In this document: piece by piece, positions 15,953-24,156 of the stretch
Position numbering within the stretch: position 1 is the first letter of the stretch
Layout: every line of letters begins with the position of its first letter
Notes under the pieces: generated by a model
The model's database searches: none
What the model was told of the DNA's origin: nothing
Seen by the model: the letters and a program-made list of their open reading frames with translations, nothing else
Position numbers and translations under genes: made by a program
Origin: a virus
Taxonomy: Duplodnaviria; Caudoviricetes
IMG/VR virus record: IMGVR_UViG_3300040971_000025
Coordinates: 1 to 36,845 of that record
Reading direction: 5' to 3' (one strand)
DNA: 36,845 nucleotides

Positions 15953-16113
15953 AACTCTACACCAAACAAGTCAACAACTGCCAGGAATGCCCCTACTTCT
16001 GCGACGAGGGCGAGTTTTGCAAGCATCCGTCGCGGATCATGCAACTACACGTCGTCGCGCAGTGGTGGACCGTGCCGGGGGATTGTCCGTTGCCGGAGGT
16101 TAAAGAAGGATGA
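15949..16113 (+). CDS. Small Cys-rich protein, 54 aa (MKLYTKQVNNCQEC...PGDCPLP)
   Basis: ATGA-coupled; same motif as previous gene. Confidence 0.65.
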   Translation: MKLYTKQVNNCQECPYFCDEGEFCKHPSRIMQLHVVAQWWTVPGDCPLPEVKEG

Positions 16114-16319
16114 CCCAAAAATGGCTGACCCTGGCCCAAGCCTGCGCCTACACTGGGCGCTCCGCATGGACGCTCAAGCGCAAAGCGCAGGAGGGCCTTA
16201 TCATCGGCCACCGGCCAGAGGGTAGCCAGTGGCAGTTCGACAGGGAGAGCATCGACGCATTTTTCACCCCGCCATTATCCAAGGCGGCATTTGACATTGT
16301 GAGGTCTTTGCGGAAATGA
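16110..16319 (+). CDS. xis: Excisionase (HTH_17-like)
   Basis: WLTLAQACAYTGRSAWTL...WQFDRESID; overlaps int start. Confidence 0.8.
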   Translation: MTQKWLTLAQACAYTGRSAWTLKRKAQEGLIIGHRPEGSQWQFDRESIDAFFTPPLSKAAFDIVRSLRK

Positions 16320-17335
16320 AATTGACCATGAGGCTTTACCAAAAATCACGCGACAGCGTTTATTACGTGGAGTTCGAGCGCGGCAAGTCCAGGTCGTTGA
16401 AGACCAAGGATCTGGCCGAAGCGCGAAAACTCTACAACGCGGTCAAAAAAGAGTACCTCGCCGGGCGTCTGTCAGAGATTCGCGGCGAGTCTCGCGTGAC
16501 GCTTGGTGAGTTTCGTGGCGAGTACGACAAATGGGCGCGGGATGCCCGGGAGCCGAAAACGTACAAGGCGGACATGCTGGCCCTGCAAAAGCTCGTTGAC
16601 GTGGCCGGGGAGTCGGCGAAGCTCGACAAGTTGACCCTGCGCCATGCGGACCTGATGATTGCCGCGTGCCGGAAGCGTGGGAACAAGGCGGGCACGATCA
16701 ACGCCTATGTGCGGCACCTGCGCACCGTGTGCAACAAGATGGTGGAATGGGCCTATCTGCCCGCGTCACCGTTCCGCACGCTGAAGGAAGTACCCAAGGA
16801 TCAGAAGGCCCCTCAGTACATCGAGTCGCGCTCCGTGGCGGCGTTCCTGGCCAGCATTGGAGACATGGACGAGAGGCGCATCCTGACGGCATACATCTAC
16901 AGCGGGAGGCGTCGGGCAGAGTTGTGCCGGTTGACGTGGCAGGACGTGGATTGGGAGAAAGAGGAATACTTCGTGGGCAAGTCCAAGGCCCACCTGAGCA
17001 AGTGGTATCCCATGCACCCGCTTTTCAAGGCCGTGCTCGAGTCCATGCCGTCGCGTGAGGGCCGCGTGTTCTCACGCTGGGCGCACCCGGACAGCATCAC
17101 GCATCTGGCGAAGGACGCCCTGCGCAACGCCGGGTATCCAGAAATGAATCTACATAAAATGAGGCATACGTTCGCCACGCTGCTGCAGGACCAGGGAGTT
17201 GACTTAGGAACCATCGGAGCGCTCTTGGGCCACACGGACAAGCGGGCGACCGAGATTTATACACACGTTACCGACACCAGGCAGAGAGAGGCCATCCGAA
17301 AGGTGATGGCTGGTCCGGTGGATTTGGGGGATTGA
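16316..17335 (+). CDS. int: Tyrosine integrase
   Basis: YSGRRRAEL (R), LHKMRHTFAT (HxxR), LLGH, TEIYTH (Y); N-terminal arm-binding-like region. Confidence 0.95.
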   Translation: MKLTMRLYQKSRDSVYYVEFERGKSRSLKTKDLAEARKLYNAVKKEYLAGRLSEIRGESRVTLGEFRGEYDKWARDAREPKTYKADMLALQKLVDVAGESAKLDKLTLRHADLMIAACRKRGNKAGTINAYVRHLRTVCNKMVEWAYLPASPFRTLKEVPKDQKAPQYIESRSVAAFLASIGDMDERRILTAYIYSGRRRAELCRLTWQDVDWEKEEYFVGKSKAHLSKWYPMHPLFKAVLESMPSREGRVFSRWAHPDSITHLAKDALRNAGYPEMNLHKMRHTFATLLQDQGVDLGTIGALLGHTDKRATEIYTHVTDTRQREAIRKVMAGPVDLGD

Positions 17336-17336
17336 G

Positions 17337-17642
17337 ATGGGTATCAAGGGCTATGACGAAGAAACGGACGAATCGTATGAGATTCACGAACTTCGCGCCG
17401 AGACCGAGCGACTCAAGGGCGAGGTGGCTTTTTTCGACAACAGATGCCCCAGGTGTAACTCAACACTTGGGTTGTTACATGAGAGTGAATGCCCGCTGTG
17501 CAACTCGCGCTCAGAGGTGGAGAGGTTGAGAGAGGCGTTGCGAGAAATTGGAGCTATGGCAGACGCACCACTCTGTCAGCGATCATGGATGAATGTGAGG
17601 TGTGTTGTTAGACGCGCCGAGGCGGATCGGCCGGTTTGTTAA
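17337..17642 (+). CDS. Accessory protein with double CxxC and coiled-coil motifs
   Basis: CPRC...CPLC flanked by LRAETERL and SEVERLRE. Confidence 0.6.
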   Translation: MGIKGYDEETDESYEIHELRAETERLKGEVAFFDNRCPRCNSTLGLLHESECPLCNSRSEVERLREALREIGAMADAPLCQRSWMNVRCVVRRAEADRPVC

Positions 17643-17646
17643 TTCT

Positions 17647-17685
17647 AAAAAAAAAGCGGCCCTGCAAACCATTTGCGAACCGCTT
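17647..17685 (-). terminator. Possible minus-strand terminator overlapping arm-type repeats
   Basis: AAGCGG..GCAAA-CCA-TTTGC..CCGCTT interrupted stem with A9 on its left. Confidence 0.45.
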
Positions 17686-17894
17686 ATATCTAACTACCTA
17701 ATTTTATAACTACTGGCTACTGATTACGAATCAGTTGCTGCTACCAACTGAGCTATCCTGGCGAACCGTGAAAACAGTAGGTATTCAAGTGTTTACTACG
17801 AGTCAAGAACTATTCAAACTTGGGCAAACTTGCGACGATGGTTCGCGCCCTGCGGACCTCTTTTTACCCACACCTGCGAGCCATTTGCAGACCG
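17661..17894. other. Probable attP: arm-type repeats flanking the tRNA-Thr core
   Basis: TGCRR(A/G)CC at 17663, 17674, 17851, 17875, 17886; AT-rich spacers; symmetric core CAACTGA-TTCGTAA-TCAGTAG (minus strand). Confidence 0.75.
17717..17762 (-). tRNA. 5' half of tRNA-Thr(CGT) (fragment, att core)
   Basis: GCCAGGA TA GCTC AGTTGGTA GCAGC A ACTGA TT CGT AA TCAGT AG; no T-arm or 3' acceptor follows; one extra C in the D-stem. Confidence 0.85.
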
Positions 17895-17917
17895 TAAATT
17901 TTGAAGAGGCACAAAAG

Positions 17918-18319
17918 ATGCATATCAAAAAGCGACACCCTAGAAGTTATCCAAAAGTTTTCTCAAACGGAAAATGGCGAGACGCCCACCGGGTAGTCAT
18001 GGAAGACTATCTAGGACGGCCCCTTGATCGGTGTGAAATAGTCCATCACCTCAACGGGAATATCACTGACTACAGTCTTGAAAATCTGGACATCATGCTG
18101 CTTTCTGCCCACACCAAGGGCCATAAGCATGGGCGCCCGATCCCGAAGGTCCAGGGCGAAAACAGCCCGCACGCAAAGCTCAACGAATTGTCAGTCGCAA
18201 AAATCAAAGCGCTCCTCAGATCCGGAGCAGTACAAAAGGAAATCGCGTCCCTTTACGGCGTCCACCCTACTCTCATCGGCAAGATCAAAAACCGCATTAT
18301 TTGGGCACATGTGGCATAG
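17918..18319 (+). CDS. HNH homing endonuclease with C-terminal DNA-binding HTH
   Basis: AHRVVME...VHHLNGNITDYSLENL...H; GENSPHAKL; QKEIASLYGVHPTLIGKIK. Confidence 0.85.
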   Translation: MHIKKRHPRSYPKVFSNGKWRDAHRVVMEDYLGRPLDRCEIVHHLNGNITDYSLENLDIMLLSAHTKGHKHGRPIPKVQGENSPHAKLNELSVAKIKALLRSGAVQKEIASLYGVHPTLIGKIKNRIIWAHVA

Positions 18320-18336
18320 GCCAACAGGAGTTTTCT

Positions 18337-18855
18337 ATGTACAAGTTATCCAAGGATTATGAAACTCTCCACGACTTGCTTTTACAGGGGCAAGAGCCAG
18401 TGTGTTTCGTTGAGAATAGGCGCGATTTTGCACCAAAGGTTGTACGCGACGTGTGCCAGGCCAAGAGACATGGGGCCTTTCGCATTAATGTGTCTGCCCG
18501 AGGGATAACATATGCCGCAGTCTACCCTTTTGAGTTGGAAAATGGTAGCCTAGGAGAGCGCGAGTTGTTTATTTCTTCCTGTCAAGAATGTGGACTTGAA
18601 TGGCTGCTGCCGTCCGCTGTTGATGCGGTTCAGCTAGAAGTTGAAAGGCTTGATGAACGTGACGGAAGGGCAAGCATCGAACTTTGCTTCGATGACGGGC
18701 TTAACCCATTTGCGAGAGAAACGCTGAAAATCCTTGATTTTGGAGTATCCGACAATATTTATGTCGTTGAGTCGCAAACGGTTGTCGCCCTTCGCGCCGA
18801 GGTGGAGCGTTTGAGGGAGCATATTCGTATGGGTTCGATGATACGCGAGGGGTGA
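18337..18855 (+). CDS. Hypothetical accessory protein, 172 aa
   Basis: AGGAG RBS before ATG 18337; EVERL motifs. Confidence 0.7.
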   Translation: MYKLSKDYETLHDLLLQGQEPVCFVENRRDFAPKVVRDVCQAKRHGAFRINVSARGITYAAVYPFELENGSLGERELFISSCQECGLEWLLPSAVDAVQLEVERLDERDGRASIELCFDDGLNPFARETLKILDFGVSDNIYVVESQTVVALRAEVERLREHIRMGSMIREG

Positions 18856-18880
18856 TAACATAATCCCCCCGCCCCCAACC

Positions 18881-18925
18881 TTCGCAATGCAGAGGCCAGG
18901 AGTTCGATCCTCCTCATCTCCACCA
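18881..18925 (+). tRNA. 3' half of tRNA-Ala(CGC) (fragment, att-type core)
   Basis: TT CGC AA TGCAG AGGCC AGGAG TTCGATC CTCCT CATCTCC A CCA; U70 and A73 Ala determinants; similarity starts exactly at the anticodon loop. Confidence 0.9.
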
Positions 18926-18932
18926 AGATTTC

Positions 18933-18968
18933 AGGCAGTTAGAGGAGCACTCTGACTGCCTATTTTTT
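18933..18968 (+). terminator. Terminator after the tRNA-Ala fragment
   Basis: AGGCAGTTAGAG-GAGCA-CTCTGACTGCCT followed by ATTTTTT. Confidence 0.8.
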
Positions 18969-19009
18969 CGTGGGTTGTGGATGTGGGTAATGACTTTTCA
19001 AATCATTGA

Positions 19010-22000
19010 CTAAACCACCTCGTGAACCCTCAAATAATAAAGCAGCGTCGTGACCCCGGCATACGTCGTGTACCTGGTATTCGTCAGCCCAATACTCGTG
19101 ATCGCACCGCCGTCAAATGTCCCTGTGCACAACAATGATCCGTCAACATACGCCGATATTGTTGTCCCGGAAATCACCAACTTGGCGTTGATCGTCTTCT
19201 TGTCTGGCTGATTTGAAACCGTAGTGCTTGTGGCCCCAGGAATCACGGCGAGAAGCTGCCCAAGCGTCACGTTGCTACTATCCGTCATGCCGACCATATA
19301 GGCAGCGGTGGCAGTGGTGATGCGCAGCATCAGCTCGCCAAGGCAGTTCGCGGCGTAGATCCAACCGAATTGGGCTTCGATTTCGCAGTCTCCGGTGGGC
19401 ATATCTCCCACAAACTCGACCATGGACGCGTAATTTTCCCAGGTCGAAGCGTTGCCGATGAACGACAGGTATCCGTTCGCAACTGTGGCCGAGGCCATGG
19501 CGGTCGCATCCCACAGTTCTGCGTCATAAGTCGAGTCAAAAAGATACAAATTGCCCGCCAACTCAGATGCAAACTCTTGGATGGCGAAATCGTCCCACTT
19601 GGTGACGACAGCGGCATATGTCGTGTAGCGCGTATGCCCGAGCCCAAGTTTTGCTACCTGCGCGAAGCCGACTGCCTCGGTAAAGACCAGGGCCCCGCCT
19701 ACCCAGAGTTGCAAAATGCCGTCGAGAATTTTCCATTTCAAATCTCGGTTCGAAACGAAGTCAACGCCTGTTTGATAGGCGACAAATCCAAGCGGCCTTG
19801 AGTAGTAAATGCCGCCTTTTGCTACCGCGCTTGAGTCATATAGACCGACGTAGCACTGCGTTCCGTCTGACAGCTCAATCCAGAAGTAGACCTCGCCCAT
19901 ATTCGAGTTCCCTGCCTCTTCCCATGCCAGATTTATAGCAGCTTCGAAGTTTTTAGGTATCGCGCCTTTCCATTTCACATAATTCGAAGCCCACGCGCCC
20001 CATGTGCTGGCATTGCTCATCGGCACGAGTTTCCCGTCTGTGGCGCTCAAGGACGCCAGGCCGATACTCTCCCAGTATGTCGCATTAAGCGTGTCAAATG
20101 TGTCCATGTATGAGAACAGGCCAGGATCAGGGAGCGTGAGGCGCAGCGCGGCTCGCTGCCAAGATTCGTATCCGTCACGGACGGCACCGACCTGCACCAG
20201 CAGCCCATATGCTCCGCTTCCTTCCAGCTCTGAGCCCTCAATCGTCCTTGTCAGGACAGACAGTCCTGTGTCAGACAATAAGACAGAGCCTGCACTCCCT
20301 GTCTCGTCGAGGGGGAAGACCTCGAAATCGTAGGTTGTCCCAACTTCAGGGGTAACGCTTCCTGCGGTCCACTCCAGCGGTTCGCCCCCGGTTTCCTGTA
20401 GCCGGTTTCGATGCGCCCACGTAATGACAAGTGGAGCGGTAAAAATAGTCGCTGGATCTGGGGCTGCGTCACCGTCAACGGCAAGATTCGCGGGTCTATA
20501 TGGCCTTATCGCCCGCTCCGACATCGTCACAGTGTCTTCCGGAGCGTCTACGATAGAGAGCCTCCCCATGCCGGACGCTGTCAGAATCTTCGCTGAGACT
20601 TCGTCGCTGGTGACATACTCCACGTCGTCGCTGGCGGCGTAGTTGTCCCACACGAGCATCGCCGCTCCGTCCGCATGTTGAGCAGGAACAGTGTCAAGAC
20701 ACCCACGCCGCAGTGTGGCCAGGGTATCAGTAACCGCCTCGACAAACACAATCTCGTCATCGATCTGCGCGAACGATCTGGCCTCAACCTCGTCTAGGTC
20801 AACACCGTCCTTGATCGGAACTGCTGTCTCAAATTGCCCGAGAGCTCCATCAAGATAAGCGATAGGGCAGAAATCGAGCGTCCCGCTTTCGACATACCCT
20901 GCCCCGGAATCAACAAGTATTTCCGCGTTGATCTCTCCTGCACTGCGGCCTGCGGCAACCATCAGGTATCCAAGTTCTGGTAGGCTTGCCAACTTCGCTG
21001 CTGCGTCAGTCTCTCCGAGTTGGCGCACGATCTCATAGTAAGGGGTCTCTGTGACAAGACGCGGAGATGCGGCCAGTGGGGTAAAAGACGGGTTTTCCCA
21101 CACCGTAGGCTCAGCCTCGACGTATGTGATGTCGGGCAATGCAAATACGTCCTGGACGCACTGAATGCGGACCACATTTTCAACGCCATCACCGAAAGCG
21201 ATTTCAGTCACGCGCATGACATAAGATGTGGTGACGCCTGCTCCATCTTCGTCCTGCTCTGCCCATTCCCACACAAACACGTCGCCGAGGTTGAGCCCTG
21301 CGGCCGCGCGGTTGGCGTAGATCGTGGCGGACACAAGGGGCGTACTCATGGCCTTGAGATCACGCGCCGCAACCTTGGCTGCAATGGCCTGATTTGCAAA
21401 ACCCATATACTCGACGCTTGCCGGGATGATTGCGCCCTGTTGCTGGATCATCGCCAGATTCTGGAGCGTGACTGTCTCAATCTGTCCGGTTTCGTTCGAG
21501 TTGTAAGAGAGCGTGACTTCGTTCGCCAGTTCCGCCATTGTCTGTTTTGAGTATGTCTCAACTCGGCTGATGTTCGATTTGTCCAGCACGAGCAGTGAGG
21601 ACTCGTCGTATCCTCCACGAATCAGCTTGAGCACAAACTTTCCGGTGGACCTGTCAACGTAGAGTGCGGCGTCGATATGCCGCATAACCTCTTCCACAAA
21701 ATCCCAAATGTCCGCCTGCTGGCTCCACAAAAGAGAGATGCCCATGCCCTCGTCAAAAAGTGTATCAGCAGCAGCAGCAAAGCTGACGTCGTCGATGTCT
21801 ACGTCTGTGTATCCGATGCCCCAATTATCATCGGTCAGACACTCCCGGATGGTGTGCACGGGGTTCATGTCTGAGTAATAGCCGTAGCGATCTTCTCCCG
21901 CAGTGCCATGGTACTGGGTTATGGAAACAAGGTCATATGATACGCTGCCTGTGTCCAAGAACGCCCCAGCCGCCTCAAGCCCGAACTGGTAGCCCCTGAC

Positions 22001-22930
22001 CTCGGCAAGAGATCCGGTGATTATTTGCGATGCAACCACCCCTCCGCCAGAGTCTTTCAGCACCGCCGAAAGCCCGGCTCCTGTGTCGGCTATCGCCACC
22101 CTGTACCACACACCAACGGTCAAGAACTCGTCCGTCAAGTCTGTGCCCTTGAACGTCGGGAATCCGCTCCACGTTTGGCCTGGATACGGCTCGAACGTGG
22201 CTACTGGATCTCCTGCTGCGTCCGTGAGCATAAAAACTGCAACGTCTCTCTCTTCTTGCACGCTGTTCAACTTGAAAGAAAACTCAATTCCGCCGACAGT
22301 CCATTCACCAAGCGAACCGCCCCACACAGCCCACGCCTCCCCGCCATTCTGCTTGGTTGGGTCATGCGTGATACCATCTCCAGAAACATAATACACATCA
22401 GGGAGCGACCCTGCAGGTATTTCGAGCGTGTAGTTGTTGAGGCTGGCCGTCTCCTCTTCGTAGATAGGTGGGACGTGATCTTCCACTGAATAGTAGCCAA
22501 TGGCTGCTTTCTCGACATACCACTGCTCGGCGCCATTATCGCGCACGCGGATGCGCTGCGGGAGCCATCCCCAGTCTTTCGGGTATGGATTCAGCCCGAT
22601 ATAGCACTGTCTCAAGACGGCGCAGCACGCGCCGCGAAATGCCGGAAGCAGAGACGCTCCGAGCTTGGCCGCGAGGTAGGAGTTCTGTCCCTGCGTCGGA
22701 CCGCCCATTTCGATGTCAACTTGACCAGTGACGCCACCTTCTCTTTTCTCTCCGCCGAACAAATCGGGCTTGTTGATCGCCAGAGGGCCGCCTGTATTAT
22801 TTCCAACCCATGCCTTGTTCCCGCCAACCCTAATGCGCACGAGTTTATCGACAGGCCCATGGCACAGGGCCATGTGCATTCCGACGTAGTATTTGTAACC
22901 AACGGTTACGCTACTGCTACTGCCGCCCAT
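19010..22930 (-). CDS. Tail tip / central fibre protein (D3112/GTA-type tail domain) with extra beta-rich domains, 1306 aa
   Basis: VTVGYKYYVGMHMALCHGPVD, LFGGEKREGG, MNPVHTIRECLTD motifs; last tail gene; ATG 22930. Confidence 0.85.
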   Translation of the reverse strand: MGGSSSSVTVGYKYYVGMHMALCHGPVDKLVRIRVGGNKAWVGNNTGGPLAINKPDLFGGEKREGGVTGQVDIEMGGPTQGQNSYLAAKLGASLLPAFRGACCAVLRQCYIGLNPYPKDWGWLPQRIRVRDNGAEQWYVEKAAIGYYSVEDHVPPIYEEETASLNNYTLEIPAGSLPDVYYVSGDGITHDPTKQNGGEAWAVWGGSLGEWTVGGIEFSFKLNSVQEERDVAVFMLTDAAGDPVATFEPYPGQTWSGFPTFKGTDLTDEFLTVGVWYRVAIADTGAGLSAVLKDSGGGVVASQIITGSLAEVRGYQFGLEAAGAFLDTGSVSYDLVSITQYHGTAGEDRYGYYSDMNPVHTIRECLTDDNWGIGYTDVDIDDVSFAAAADTLFDEGMGISLLWSQQADIWDFVEEVMRHIDAALYVDRSTGKFVLKLIRGGYDESSLLVLDKSNISRVETYSKQTMAELANEVTLSYNSNETGQIETVTLQNLAMIQQQGAIIPASVEYMGFANQAIAAKVAARDLKAMSTPLVSATIYANRAAAGLNLGDVFVWEWAEQDEDGAGVTTSYVMRVTEIAFGDGVENVVRIQCVQDVFALPDITYVEAEPTVWENPSFTPLAASPRLVTETPYYEIVRQLGETDAAAKLASLPELGYLMVAAGRSAGEINAEILVDSGAGYVESGTLDFCPIAYLDGALGQFETAVPIKDGVDLDEVEARSFAQIDDEIVFVEAVTDTLATLRRGCLDTVPAQHADGAAMLVWDNYAASDDVEYVTSDEVSAKILTASGMGRLSIVDAPEDTVTMSERAIRPYRPANLAVDGDAAPDPATIFTAPLVITWAHRNRLQETGGEPLEWTAGSVTPEVGTTYDFEVFPLDETGSAGSVLLSDTGLSVLTRTIEGSELEGSGAYGLLVQVGAVRDGYESWQRAALRLTLPDPGLFSYMDTFDTLNATYWESIGLASLSATDGKLVPMSNASTWGAWASNYVKWKGAIPKNFEAAINLAWEEAGNSNMGEVYFWIELSDGTQCYVGLYDSSAVAKGGIYYSRPLGFVAYQTGVDFVSNRDLKWKILDGILQLWVGGALVFTEAVGFAQVAKLGLGHTRYTTYAAVVTKWDDFAIQEFASELAGNLYLFDSTYDAELWDATAMASATVANGYLSFIGNASTWENYASMVEFVGDMPTGDCEIEAQFGWIYAANCLGELMLRITTATAAYMVGMTDSSNVTLGQLLAVIPGATSTTVSNQPDKKTINAKLVISGTTISAYVDGSLLCTGTFDGGAITSIGLTNTRYTTYAGVTTLLYYLRVHEVV

Positions 22931-23123
22931 TTTTCCCCCGGACATATGCGGCCACCATGTCGGCCATTGCATCCCCAAGCGCGTCCATCTTGGAGATCGG
23001 GATTCCGCCCTCTTTAATCAGTGCGCGCCGCAAGTCTGGATGCGAGTTGAAAAACTTCAACGCTCCCCTCCCGCACGTATGACAGGCGCGTAGATCTCTC
23101 ATGGTCACGAGTAGCTCACTCAT
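22917..23123 (-). CDS. Small tail-tip module protein, 68 aa (MSELLVTMRDLRACHTCGRG...)
   Basis: ATG 23123 overlaps upstream stop; resembles the small gene at this position in D3112-like tail modules. Confidence 0.65.
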   Translation of the reverse strand: MSELLVTMRDLRACHTCGRGALKFFNSHPDLRRALIKEGGIPISKMDALGDAMADMVAAYVRGKNGRQ

Positions 23124-23350
23124 TTCTTGCCGCCCTTCTTTTTTATCGCCACGGTTTTCGTGTCTCCCCACCATACAATGTTCTGGCCGGTAATCTCTCT
23201 GGACCCGAACAACACAGGGATTTCCCCCCCGGCAGTGGCAACGGCCTTCACCTCGATCTTTCCAGGGCTTGGAGAATCGTACTTTACTTTCGACCTGGTC
23301 AGGTATGAGATGACCAGCGTAGCTACGAAAAGAACCGCGTTCCACCACAT
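23120..23350 (-). CDS. Small tail assembly protein, 76 aa
   Basis: Hydrophobic N-terminus, EIPVLFG...NIVWWGD motif. Confidence 0.75.
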   Translation of the reverse strand: MWWNAVLFVATLVISYLTRSKVKYDSPSPGKIEVKAVATAGGEIPVLFGSREITGQNIVWWGDTKTVAIKKKGGKK

Positions 23351-24156
23351 TATATGAGGCTCCTTCCGTCAAAAGGATTGCGGGAAGGTATCCAGGGCCA
23401 GCCGCCGTAATTGAGGATGTTGTCGAATTTGTCTTTGCACGTTTCACGGTTACGGGCGCAGCCTGGGTAAAGGGCGATGGAGTCAGAAGCGGCCAACGCG
23501 CATGGGTTGGCAAGCGTGATGGATGCGCCTGTGTGCCCGGTGATGAAAAGAAATCCGCCAGTTGGAGTCTGCACCATGCCGCCCGTAAACCACCCATCAG
23601 CCAGGACATCAGCCTCCGAGACAGTCAGCACAGTCTTTGCGGCATTGATAGCCGAGACAGTCCCGGCGACGGCGTAATCATCCTTGTCCACGTTACAGCC
23701 AGCCAAATAGAGGGCACGACGGCACATGCGCTGGTAGCGAGCCCGAAGACCGGGCCGCTTGAGAGACGTGAAGACGCTCTCGCACGTCAACCGCGCTTCG
23801 ATGCCAGACCATTCGACGGAGATGACGCGGCCCTTCCAGTACACGATTGGCCCATCGCTGGCCCCTACATGGAGTCTATACACGGTCAGCGTGACAACCG
23901 CCTCCGGGTTTCCAACAAGGTAGAGCAGGGACAGTTCGCACGTCCTGGGCAAGAGCACGCTGAGGCCGCCTTTATGTAACTCTTTCGTCTGGCCGATCTC
24001 ATCACGGCCAATGGGGAACGCGGCATATGTCTCGCCACCATGGACAGCTTCCGGCCCGCTTGAGTAAGTCCAGACCGTGGCGCCATGTACGAACTTGAAA
24101 AGCTCAACAGGGCGGCCGCCGTGGGCAGAGAGTTCGAGCTCCGCGTATGTGCTCAT
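23350..24156 (-). CDS. BR0599/DUF2163-family tail hub protein
   Basis: YQRMC...GC and PGCARNRETCKDKFDNILNYGGWPWIP Fe-S motif; ATG 24156 coupled. Confidence 0.85.
   Translation of the reverse strand: MSTYAELELSAHGGRPVELFKFVHGATVWTYSSGPEAVHGGETYAAFPIGRDEIGQTKELHKGGLSVLLPRTCELSLLYLVGNPEAVVTLTVYRLHVGASDGPIVYWKGRVISVEWSGIEARLTCESVFTSLKRPGLRARYQRMCRRALYLAGCNVDKDDYAVAGTVSAINAAKTVLTVSEADVLADGWFTGGMVQTPTGGFLFITGHTGASITLANPCALAASDSIALYPGCARNRETCKDKFDNILNYGGWPWIPSRNPFDGRSLI

Noticed and set aside
17735-17917. N-terminal extension of the HNH ORF in the ORF track
   Set aside because: Runs through the tRNA fragment and arm repeats; ATG 17918 with a GAGG RBS is the better start
18862-18880. AATCCCCCCGCCCCCAACC as a third att core (tmRNA/tRNA 3' end)
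   Set aside because: Low complexity, lacks the TTCG T-loop and a correctly placed CCA
17717-18925. Invertible split tRNA: inverting the segment between the two loops would join the 5' and 3' halves
   Set aside because: The hybrid would not pair in the acceptor stem (GCCAGGA vs CATCTCC) or the anticodon stem (ACTGA vs TGCAG); the halves come from different tRNAs
17864-18990. Inverted 9-mer TTACCCACA / TGTGGGTAA resembling operator half-sites or arm sites
   Set aside because: Only 9 bp and not a full palindrome; could be chance
19010-20117. Diversity-generating retroelement target in the tail tip
   Set aside because: No reverse transcriptase and no near-identical template/variable repeat pair with adenine-specific differences
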